From Longimicrobiales bacterium (lineage in GTDB: Bacteria > Gemmatimonadota > Gemmatimonadetes > Longimicrobiales > Gaopeijiaceae), in NCBI GenBank assembly GCA_965219445.1, contig CBDCNQ010000001.1:240754-304753 (forward strand): a DNA stretch of 64,000 nucleotides, read 5' to 3'. Numbering within the stretch: the first letter of the stretch is position 1; each line of letters opens with the position of its first letter. A model generated the notes under the pieces. The model ran no database searches. It was not told the DNA's origin and saw nothing but the letters and a program-made list of their open reading frames with translations. Made by a program: the position numbers and the translations under genes. This document shows positions 28,290 to 36,427 of this stretch, one piece after another.

Positions 28290-29498
28290 ATGGACTACAG
28301 CCCAAACATCTCCCGACTCGAAGAATCAGCCACGATGGCGGTCAGTACCCTTGCCAGGCGTCTCCGGGCGGAGGGCCGCGATGTCATAGACTTGAGTGCC
28401 GGTGAGCCGGACTTCGGCACGCCCGATTGGATCTCCGAGGGCGCCATCGAGGGGATACGATCCGGCTCGACCAGGTACACGCCGGTGTCGGGCATGCCGG
28501 AGCTGAGACGGGCGATCGCCGGGTACCTGGAATCGGTCGGAGGCAAGCCCGTGGACTGGGAGGGTGTGGTCGTAGCGGCGGGTGCGAAGCAGTCATTATT
28601 CAACGCCTCTTTCACGCTCTTTGGTCCAGGCGACGAGGTGCTCGTGGGCGCACCCTACTGGACGAGTTATCCCCAAATGGTCGTTCTGGCTCGAGCCGAG
28701 CCGGTGGCGGTGGCGGGCGATCCGAGCCGAAATTTCCTCCTTACCCGAGCGGATCTGGACGCCGCGTGTACGGAGCGGACCCGGGGGCTGATTCTGTGCT
28801 CTCCGTCCAATCCGACCGGGGCGGTATATGCCCTCGAGGAGCTACGGGAGATCGCCGAGTGGGCTAAGGAGAAGGACATCGTCCTCATCGCCGACGAGAT
28901 CTATCGTGAGATCTACTTTGGGGACGACCGGCCGAGTGCGCCCAGCATCCTCCAGTTACCGGAGGAGGCCTTGGGTCCGTACGTCCTGATCGATGGGGCG
29001 TCCAAGTCTTTTGCGATGACGGGATGGCGCATCGGGTTCTCGTACACCGAAGTGGCGCTCGCCAAGAAGTTGGGGGCCCTTCAGAGTCATGCCACCTCGA
29101 ACCCTGCGACACCCTCGCAGATGGCGGCGCTGAGTGCATTCTCAGATCCGGCGCGGGCGCGGGAGGCCACTCAGGGGATGGCCGCCACGTTTCGTGGGCG
29201 GAGGGACCGGGTCGTCGTTCTCCTCAACGAGCTGTTGCCGCAGCTCTCGTTCGTGGAGCCGATGGGTGCGTTCTATTTCTTCATTCGGGTGGATTCTCTG
29301 TTCCGGGATGATGTCTCCGACTCCACGGCGGTGTGTTCGTGGCTTCTGGAGGAGTGCGGCGTCGCCATGGTCCCTGGTGTGGCGTTTGGTGACGATCGTT
29401 TCGTCCGCGTCAGCTTCGCCACGTCGGACGAATTGATGGAGAGCGCGATCAGGCGGTTGGCGGAGGTGGTCGGCAGTCCCGCTTCTAAAACACGATAG
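28290..29498 (+). CDS. aspC: PLP-dependent class I aspartate aminotransferase
   Basis: AGEPDF, CSPSNPTG, DEIY, SKSFAMTGWRIG. Confidence 0.92.
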   Translation: MDYSPNISRLEESATMAVSTLARRLRAEGRDVIDLSAGEPDFGTPDWISEGAIEGIRSGSTRYTPVSGMPELRRAIAGYLESVGGKPVDWEGVVVAAGAKQSLFNASFTLFGPGDEVLVGAPYWTSYPQMVVLARAEPVAVAGDPSRNFLLTRADLDAACTERTRGLILCSPSNPTGAVYALEELREIAEWAKEKDIVLIADEIYREIYFGDDRPSAPSILQLPEEALGPYVLIDGASKSFAMTGWRIGFSYTEVALAKKLGALQSHATSNPATPSQMAALSAFSDPARAREATQGMAATFRGRRDRVVVLLNELLPQLSFVEPMGAFYFFIRVDSLFRDDVSDSTAVCSWLLEECGVAMVPGVAFGDDRFVRVSFATSDELMESAIRRLAEVVGSPASKTR

Positions 29499-29504
29499 AG
29501 CCAC

Positions 29505-30428
29505 TCATCCGGAGCGCAGGGCACTCCGCAGGGCCCCCTCCGCCCCGTTCACGTAGGAGCCCCCAAAGAGGTTTACGTGCACCAACAGGGGGTACAGCTG
29601 GTACACGTGTCGGCGCAGCTCTTCGTATCCGTCCGTAAGCGGTCGACGGTCTTCATAGGCGGCGTAGAAGGCTTCCGGAAAACCTCCGAAGAGCTCCGTC
29701 ATGGCCAGATCGACCTCCCGGTGGCCCCGATACACCGCCGGGTCGACCAGGACCGGCCTCCCGTCAGGACCCGGGTACACGTTTCCGCTCCAGAGGTCAC
29801 CGTGGAGGATGGAGCGCCCGTCTTCAACCGCGCCCCCGAGCAACGTGGGGAGCTTCGACTCGAGCGCCGCCCACTGCCGGTCCAGGCCGGGCGGCCGCCC
29901 GTTGTCCTTGGCTAACGCCAACTGCGGCTCGAGGCGCTCAGTCCACCAGAACGCAGGCCAGTCATACATGGTCGTGTTCGCTTGAGGGAGCGATCCGATG
30001 TAGTTGGCACGATGCCAGCCGTACGGGCCCTCGCGAGCTTCGTGAAGGGCCGCCAGACCCCCGCCGAGGTGCTCCGCGTAATCCGCCGCTGGGCTTCCTT
30101 GCGGAACGTACTCGAGAAGCAACCAGGCAGGATTCTCCCCGGCATCGGAGGTGCCCATGACCTCCGGGACGGTCAGGCCGGTCGATTCGCCGAGGGCACC
30201 CAGGCCGTCGGCTTCCGCCGCAAAGACGTCCGACACGGCGCCCTGTGCCCATTTGAGAAAAAAATCCTCCCGCAGGTTGGTCGACAGGCGTGCGGTCTGG
30301 TGGATACACCCCCCGGTCACTGGGGCCATTTCGAGGATCTCCACGCTCCGTGCCACACGGCTAGACAGAGCGGCTTCCACGCCCTCCTTCAGGGCGCTTG
30401 GGAGCGTCCCGGGGGACCCGGCCTTCAA
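29505..30428 (-). CDS. Fructosamine/ribulosamine 3-kinase family protein
   Basis: GGCIH, FFLK, EA.GL, NYIG..PQ.N, HGDLWSGN, DPA.Y.GHREVDLAM..LFGGF; TTG start overlaps the PTP stop. Confidence 0.92.
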   Translation of the reverse strand: MKAGSPGTLPSALKEGVEAALSSRVARSVEILEMAPVTGGCIHQTARLSTNLREDFFLKWAQGAVSDVFAAEADGLGALGESTGLTVPEVMGTSDAGENPAWLLLEYVPQGSPAADYAEHLGGGLAALHEAREGPYGWHRANYIGSLPQANTTMYDWPAFWWTERLEPQLALAKDNGRPPGLDRQWAALESKLPTLLGGAVEDGRSILHGDLWSGNVYPGPDGRPVLVDPAVYRGHREVDLAMTELFGGFPEAFYAAYEDRRPLTDGYEELRRHVYQLYPLLVHVNLFGGSYVNGAEGALRSALRSG

Positions 30429-30919
30429 CTCGAGAGCTCGGAGAGCAGATGCTCGACGAACGCGGCGCAGGTTCGATCGATCATTTCGAACATCAGATCG
30501 AATCCGTCGGCACCCCCGTAGTAGGGATCCGGCACATCGAGGTCCCCATCCCGATGGGGGTCGAACTCTCTGAAGAGGGTGAGTAGAGCGCCTCCGTCCC
30601 CCTCGGACTCCAGGTGGCGAAGGTCCCGAAGATTGCTTCGATCCATGGCAAAGATATAGTCGAACTCGTGGAAGTCCTCGGCGTGTACACACCGGGCTCG
30701 CCCCCGGAGTGAGATCCCGTGCCGCATCGCGACCTCGGTGGAGCGTGGGTCGGGAGGCTCTCCCTGGTGCCACGTCCCCGTCCCGGCTGAATCCACACGG
30801 ACCCGGTCAGAGAGACCGGCCTCTTCCAAACGGTGCGCCAAAACCCCCTCTCCCAAAGGAGAACGACAGATGTTGCCCAGGCATACGAAAAGAATTGAGA
30901 CGTCGTGTTTGGCCGTCAT
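30425..30919 (-). CDS. Low-molecular-weight protein-tyrosine phosphatase
   Basis: FVCLGNICRSP, DSAGT, VPDPYYG. Confidence 0.95.
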   Translation of the reverse strand: MTAKHDVSILFVCLGNICRSPLGEGVLAHRLEEAGLSDRVRVDSAGTGTWHQGEPPDPRSTEVAMRHGISLRGRARCVHAEDFHEFDYIFAMDRSNLRDLRHLESEGDGGALLTLFREFDPHRDGDLDVPDPYYGGADGFDLMFEMIDRTCAAFVEHLLSELSS

Positions 30920-31064
30920 GTCTCAGACTCTCGAGGAGGGTGCGACCCTTGAACGTTTTGAATCCTGGGGCGTACTCCTAAACTTATAGGCCAATCCAAG
31001 GCCGGTCGCACGCTACGTCACCTCGATGCGTGATCACACGGGCTCCCCACGCGGAAAGAGCTGA

Positions 31065-32360
31065 GTGGTAGAAAAGAAAAAGGAACAGTCCCCCCAGCCT
31101 CAACCCTTCGAGCCTCAAACCTTCGAGGACTTGGGCGTGTCCGATGAGCTTCGTGCCTCCGTCGAGGCCATCGGTTGGGAGCATCCAACTCCGATCCAGA
31201 TCAAGAGCATCCCCACCGGCCTCGCCGGGACTGATCTGGTGGGGATCGCCCAGACGGGAACCGGGAAAACCGGGGCCTTTATGCTTCCCGCCTTGGAGAG
31301 AATCGAAACGGGGGGTGGGCTACAGGTTCTGGTCTTGTGCCCCACGCGAGAATTGGCGCAGCAGGTCTGTGATGACACCGAATTGCTTGCCAAAGGCACG
31401 CGGATTCGGGCGGCCTCGATCTACGGGGGGGTAGGGTACGATCCCCAGCTGACCGCCCTCAAAGAGGGCTTTGAGGTCATCATTGCGACCCCGGGTCGGT
31501 TCCTCGACCACCTCGGGCGCGGCAGGGTCGACCTGAAGAAGGTGCGCACCTTTGTGCTCGATGAGGCGGACCGGATGCTCGATATGGGGTTCCGCCCGCA
31601 GATCGAGGGCGTTTTGCGAGAGGTTCCCAAGACTCGGCAAACGATGCTGTTTTCGGCCACCATGCCCCATGGCGTGCATGATCTCGCTTCACGCATAACG
31701 AAGGATGCGGTGTGGGTCGAGGCCGCTCCGTCGGGAACCAAGGCTGAGGGAATTACGGAACTCGTGTACTCGGTCAAGCCCGAGATGAAGCCGGATCTCC
31801 TCCTCCACCTTCTGGAGGATCCCCTGTGGGAGCAGGTGCTCATCTTCACTCGCACAAAAGCTGGGGCGGATGCACTGAAGAGCCGGCTGGACCGGGAGGG
31901 CATCCGAACCGAGGCACTGCACTCGAACCTACGCATGGTGCACAGAACGAGGGCGTTGGAACGCTTCACGGAGAAGAAGGTCCGCGTTCTGGTAGCTACC
32001 GACATCGCTCAACGGGGCCTGGATGTCGAGGGGATCTCGCACGTGGTCAACTACGATGTACCGAAGGACCCCGAGGATTACACCCACCGCATCGGCCGGA
32101 CGGCCAGGGCGGGCGCAGTCGGGACTGCCGTCACCTTCTTGGCCGCCGCCGACCTCGGAGCGTTCAAGTCACTGACATACCATATCGGGAGAGACCTGGA
32201 GCGCATCCACCTTCCAGACTTCGACTATGCCGGCGCACCACAGGCTGTGTCCAGCGTCTCTCCAACGAGGGGGCGGCATTCTCGCTCACCTACGGGTATG
32301 GGGTCTCGCGACGCCAACGACCTGAGCGACGAAGAGCTGGCCGATCTGCTGAAGCACTGA
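31065..32360 (+). CDS. DEAD-box RNA helicase (intact motifs)
   Basis: AQTGTGKT, PTRELA, TPGR, DEAD, SAT, HRIGRTAR. Confidence 0.95.
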   Translation: MVEKKKEQSPQPQPFEPQTFEDLGVSDELRASVEAIGWEHPTPIQIKSIPTGLAGTDLVGIAQTGTGKTGAFMLPALERIETGGGLQVLVLCPTRELAQQVCDDTELLAKGTRIRAASIYGGVGYDPQLTALKEGFEVIIATPGRFLDHLGRGRVDLKKVRTFVLDEADRMLDMGFRPQIEGVLREVPKTRQTMLFSATMPHGVHDLASRITKDAVWVEAAPSGTKAEGITELVYSVKPEMKPDLLLHLLEDPLWEQVLIFTRTKAGADALKSRLDREGIRTEALHSNLRMVHRTRALERFTEKKVRVLVATDIAQRGLDVEGISHVVNYDVPKDPEDYTHRIGRTARAGAVGTAVTFLAAADLGAFKSLTYHIGRDLERIHLPDFDYAGAPQAVSSVSPTRGRHSRSPTGMGSRDANDLSDEELADLLKH

Positions 32361-32400
32361 TTCGTGGCATTACCCCGAACTCGTAACGGCGGGACTTGAG

Positions 32401-32808
32401 ATGATCCTACGTCGATACGGCACGAACATTCAAAGTGTCGAAACCCACTTCGACTCCAAGGCCCTTACGGAGATCGGGTTTCGGCGAGATCGTGCTTTTT
32501 CTAGTCCAGCCGACGACTTCTTAGCACGCCACGAGCGGATTTCAGAACACCTTCTGGAGGCCGAGTCCGAAGGGGATGTCCAGGACGAAGTCGAGTCGGT
32601 GATGCTCCAGCGATTGCTCGATATGCTCTTGAAACTCGACGCCGAATTGAGTGATGACGAGTTCGTGGTCGTTGAGAGTGAGCAGGGCCAGGATTACCCG
32701 AAGACGCGTTCGCGACAGAAGAATGTGGTCGTGGACGGTGAGAATCGCCTCTACTTCTACTCCAGCGTGTCTCCGCCACTGAAGGTGGCCGTCTTTAGAG
32801 CCCGATAG
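32401..32808 (+). CDS. Hypothetical protein (135 aa)
   Basis: Globular acidic ORF filling the gap; no recognised motif. Confidence 0.7.
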   Translation: MILRRYGTNIQSVETHFDSKALTEIGFRRDRAFSSPADDFLARHERISEHLLEAESEGDVQDEVESVMLQRLLDMLLKLDAELSDDEFVVVESEQGQDYPKTRSRQKNVVVDGENRLYFYSSVSPPLKVAVFRAR

Positions 32809-32864
32809 TGCGGACACCACACCAGACGCGCCTGAACCCGGTGGGCTCGTTGAGTCGACCGGGT

Positions 32865-33815
32865 TCATTCTTCGGGCGTGGTCGATTCGGCGGCGGGTCC
32901 GCATACACGGTTCCTTCCATCCGCCTTGGCCTGCAAGAGGGCCCGGTCTGCAAGAGCGAACAGCGAGTTCACCGATTCACCATGGTCGGGACAGCAGGCG
33001 AAGCCGGCCGACATCGTGACCTTCAGCTCGAAATCCAGGGGCGGACGGGCCTCCGAGACGATGTCGACGAGCCTCTGTGCCACGTGGTGAGCGACCTCCA
33101 TGCTGGTCGCAGGCGCCAAGATCGCGAACTCCTCACCGCCGATCCGGAAGGGAGTGTCGGGCGATCGGGTATGCTCGGTCAGGAGCCGTCCGACCCAATG
33201 GAGGACGACGTCCCCCGTGTCGTGCCCGTAGGTATCATTGATAGCCTTGAAGCGGTCCAGGTCGGTGAGGATCAGTGAAAAGTTCTCGGAGTACCGAAGG
33301 GATCGTTCCACCTCTTCTCCGAGACGTTCCTCATAGGCACGCCGATTCAGTATGCCCGTCACGGCGTCGCGCATCGCGGTATCGCTCAGATCGCGGATGA
33401 GCTCATCGGCGCGCCCCATTTGAAGCGATAAGCTTTCGAAGATCTGGATCGCCACCTCCGGCATCAGGGCGACGAGCTCATGAAAGGCGTTCTGCTCGAG
33501 CATGAGAAGACGAACGTCGTCCGAGGCCTCGATCCTGACCCTGCGGGGCTCGCCGTTCAGCAAGGCCCTATCACCGAAACACTCTCCTGGTCCGAGAAGG
33601 ATCGGCGCCAGAGCGGCCGTGGCGGCCGGATCGACGATTCGAACGTGGCCTTCGAGCACCACGAAGAGCGGAGTCCCCGTGTCCATCTCGACGATGGTCT
33701 CGTCGGGAGAGAAGGACACCAGCCGGGTGTGAGCGGCAAGCCCGGCGAGGGCTTTGGGCGCAAGCCCCACAAAGAGTGGGACTCCACTGAGGTATCGGAT
33801 TCCATCCATGCTCAT
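32865..33815 (-). CDS. Diguanylate cyclase with N-terminal cNMP-binding domain
   Basis: GECFGD.ALL...PR; D.VTGILNRR, DLDRFK.INDTYGH..GD, RSPD-x5-GGEEF. Confidence 0.9.
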   Translation of the reverse strand: MSMDGIRYLSGVPLFVGLAPKALAGLAAHTRLVSFSPDETIVEMDTGTPLFVVLEGHVRIVDPAATAALAPILLGPGECFGDRALLNGEPRRVRIEASDDVRLLMLEQNAFHELVALMPEVAIQIFESLSLQMGRADELIRDLSDTAMRDAVTGILNRRAYEERLGEEVERSLRYSENFSLILTDLDRFKAINDTYGHDTGDVVLHWVGRLLTEHTRSPDTPFRIGGEEFAILAPATSMEVAHHVAQRLVDIVSEARPPLDFELKVTMSAGFACCPDHGESVNSLFALADRALLQAKADGRNRVCGPAAESTTPEE

Positions 33816-33824
33816 CGCGCGCCT

Positions 33825-34826
33825 TCAACAGCCCTCTAGCACCAAGGCCGTGGGGTATCCGCCGGTGTGCCAGAAGACCATCCGATCCTCTTCTCGTATG
33901 CGGCCACTCCGGGCCCAGTCAAGCATGGCCGCGGCCGTTTTGCCCGTATACGCAGGGTCGAGCAAGGCACCTTCGGTACGGGCGAGTGCGGCAGTCGCCT
34001 CCTCCGACGCATCGGAATGGATTCCGTATCCTGGCCCGACGTATTCGTCTGTGGGGTGCAGAAGCCCAGGTAGGAGTGGGGTCTGGGCTCCGAGCAGCTC
34101 GCCGGCGCGGCTCGCAAGACTCTCGGTGAGCTCCAGGATCTCCGCTCGGCCGATGTCGGGGCTCACGCCGACCAGCCTCACGTCCGCCCGCTCCAGGAGA
34201 GTAAACCCCAACCCCAATCCGGCGAATGTGCCGCACGAAGACGCCGAAACGAAGATCCAGGTGTCCCCAGGGTGGGGGTGGTCACGGAGTTGGACATCGA
34301 ACTCGGTGGCGGCACGCACGTATCCCAGTGAGCCGAGCGGTGTCGAGGCACCGAGTGGGATGACGAGGGCGTGGCCCCCGCCGGCTTCGATTTCGGCGGC
34401 CACCTCGGCCATGGTCGGCTCGCGCTCCTCCGGTGAAGCGACCGGCCTGATCGCCGCCCCGAAGAGTCGATAGAGGTATGCATTCCCTTTATGCGGAGGT
34501 GTGGTATCACCGCTGAGCACGAGCACGCACTTCAACCCGAGGCGGGCCGCGGCCGCCGCCGTCAGTCGGGCGTGATTGGACTGCGGACCGCCGCAAGTGA
34601 TCACGTGCGTGGCTCCCTGCAGGCGGTCGGGCGCCAGCTCGAACTCCAGCTTCCTGGCCTTGTTGCCTCCCAGTCCGAACCCCGACTCGGCGTCCATCTT
34701 CAAAAGGACGTCCGGCGGTGCTCGGCCGAGCAACTGGGCGAGATTGGGTGCCTGGATCAAAGGGGTCGGTTCCCGGACGAAGGGAGTTCGAGGCCACTCT
34801 TGGAGCGTGGCGAGCATCTGATTCAA
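33825..34826 (-). CDS. D-cysteine desulfhydrase family PLP enzyme
   Basis: GGNKARKLE, GG.QSNH, DPAYTGK, FWHTGG. Confidence 0.88.
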   Translation of the reverse strand: MNQMLATLQEWPRTPFVREPTPLIQAPNLAQLLGRAPPDVLLKMDAESGFGLGGNKARKLEFELAPDRLQGATHVITCGGPQSNHARLTAAAAARLGLKCVLVLSGDTTPPHKGNAYLYRLFGAAIRPVASPEEREPTMAEVAAEIEAGGGHALVIPLGASTPLGSLGYVRAATEFDVQLRDHPHPGDTWIFVSASSCGTFAGLGLGFTLLERADVRLVGVSPDIGRAEILELTESLASRAGELLGAQTPLLPGLLHPTDEYVGPGYGIHSDASEEATAALARTEGALLDPAYTGKTAAAMLDWARSGRIREEDRMVFWHTGGYPTALVLEGC

Positions 34827-34912
34827 TGCGCTCCCCCTTCGGTCGTGTGCCTTGCCTCGGTCCTTGAGGCGATGCCGCCCGAGCTCCGGCCCGGCCGCCC
34901 CCCGCCGGGCGG

Positions 34913-35602
34913 TTAGCCTCCGGGTGCCGGGATCACGAAGATCCCGTCAGCGAGATCGGACCCAATGACCTCTGCGTTCCCCCGAATCCCGACAGAGACG
35001 GTCGTGGGTCCGTCGAAGGGTGCTCTTTCCTTGACCGTGAGCCGAGCTCCTGGTACCAGGCCCAACGTCTCGAGATAACGGAGGCGGGCAGGATCTTCAT
35101 CCTGAACAGAACGAATCTGCACGGCCACGCCAGGCGCGACCTCGTTGAGTGTCACGAAGTCGGAGACCTCGATCTCACCGGATGGAGTGGGGATCGGCGC
35201 ACCGTGAGGATCGTGGCTCGGGTGTTCAAGGATGGCGGCCATGCGATCGATCAGCGCGTCGGACGCGGCGTGCTCCAAGCGTTCGGCCTCTGCATGAACG
35301 TCATCCCACGAATACCCAAGATGCATGTGCAGATATGTCTCGAGGATCCGGTGTCGCCGGATGATCCTCAGGGCCTCCCGTGACCCGGCCTCCGTAAGCC
35401 GAACGCCACGGTACCGGGCGTGCTCCAGGTACCCGCACTCGGCGAGCCGTTTGACCATTCCGGTGACGGAAGCCGGTTGTACGTCGAGGGCTTCGGCCAG
35501 CGCGCTCGTCGAGGCGGACTCCTCTCTTTCCGTGAGGGAGTAGACCGCCTTCAGATAGTCTTCTACCGAGCGAGTGAGGCGCGGTTGCGGGGCTTCGTTC
35601 AT
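34913..35602 (-). CDS. DtxR/MntR-family metal-dependent repressor with C-terminal FeoA domain
   Basis: SVEDYLK, SVTGMVKRL, RRHRILE, EAERLEH, DPHGAPIP. Confidence 0.93.
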   Translation of the reverse strand: MNEAPQPRLTRSVEDYLKAVYSLTEREESASTSALAEALDVQPASVTGMVKRLAECGYLEHARYRGVRLTEAGSREALRIIRRHRILETYLHMHLGYSWDDVHAEAERLEHAASDALIDRMAAILEHPSHDPHGAPIPTPSGEIEVSDFVTLNEVAPGVAVQIRSVQDEDPARLRYLETLGLVPGARLTVKERAPFDGPTTVSVGIRGNAEVIGSDLADGIFVIPAPGG

Positions 35603-35710
35603 GTGTAAACATGGGCACGGCCACGCGACGGGGGAAGGCCGATGTTCGGCGTCTCAACGTTCGAGCTTCGACAATTCGCGCGGCGAGTCTGGACCGGGTA
35701 AGATTGCCTG

Positions 35711-36124
35711 ATGGACTACGAGAAAATTACGCAGGGAATTCGGGTCTTGGTTCGCCCGAGCTTTTCCCTTCCGTTCTCGGAGCCGGAGGATGGAAGGTTC
35801 GTCTTTACGTATCTGGTGGAGATGGAGAACCAGGGCGAGGAGGTGGCGAAGCTTCTCTTTCGTCACTGGCGCATTCACGACAGCCAAGGTGAGGATTCGG
35901 AGGTCGACGGTGAGGGGGTCGTGGGGGAACAACCCACCCTGGCCCCGGGAAAATCACATGTGTACGAGAGCTTTTGTGTCTTGAGTTCACCGGTAGGCTT
36001 CATGGAGGGGTACTATACGTTCGCCCGCCCCACGGGCGAGGAATTTCGGGTCCCGATCCCACGGTTCGACCTCTGGGCTCCCTGGAGGAGCGGGAGTGCT
36101 CCTGAGTCGGACGTGATGAACTGA
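35711..36124 (+). CDS. apaG: ApaG protein
   Basis: F.Y...EN.G, L..RHW.I, V.GEGVVGEQP, Y.S.C.L..P.G.MEG.Y. Confidence 0.95.
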   Translation: MDYEKITQGIRVLVRPSFSLPFSEPEDGRFVFTYLVEMENQGEEVAKLLFRHWRIHDSQGEDSEVDGEGVVGEQPTLAPGKSHVYESFCVLSSPVGFMEGYYTFARPTGEEFRVPIPRFDLWAPWRSGSAPESDVMN

Positions 36125-36247
36125 ATTCCGGACACGGCGGGTAGCTCATTTGGACCGACCGTGTGGTTTCGAGACGTTGGAATAACTGTCGAAAACAGCT
36201 AATTTCAACAGCTTTCAAGCGCGCTACCCTTGTCCGGGGAGGTGTAG

Positions 36248-36427
36248 TTGTCCGATTCAGTCGCTGTTGACGCCAAGCGCATCCTCTTGCGCTATGGCGC
36301 CCCGATCAATGTACTGGACAAAGTCTCCGACGATGAACGGATCGCTCTGGCCCGTGCCATCGCTAAGACCGCTCTTGCCGAGCGCGAGACCCGGCTCAAA
36401 GAGCTTCTCGCCGAGCGAGGGTACTGA
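36248..36427 (+). CDS. Small helical hypothetical protein (59 aa), not in the ORF track
   Basis: GGAGGT RBS, TTG start; MSDSVAVDAKRILLRYGAPINVLDKVSDDERIALARAIAKTALAERETRLKELLAERGY*. Confidence 0.7.
   Translation: MSDSVAVDAKRILLRYGAPINVLDKVSDDERIALARAIAKTALAERETRLKELLAERGY

Noticed and set aside
33825..34826. ACC deaminase (acdS) call
   Set aside because: Has DPAYTGK and HTGG rather than the Glu/Leu residues diagnostic of true ACC deaminases.
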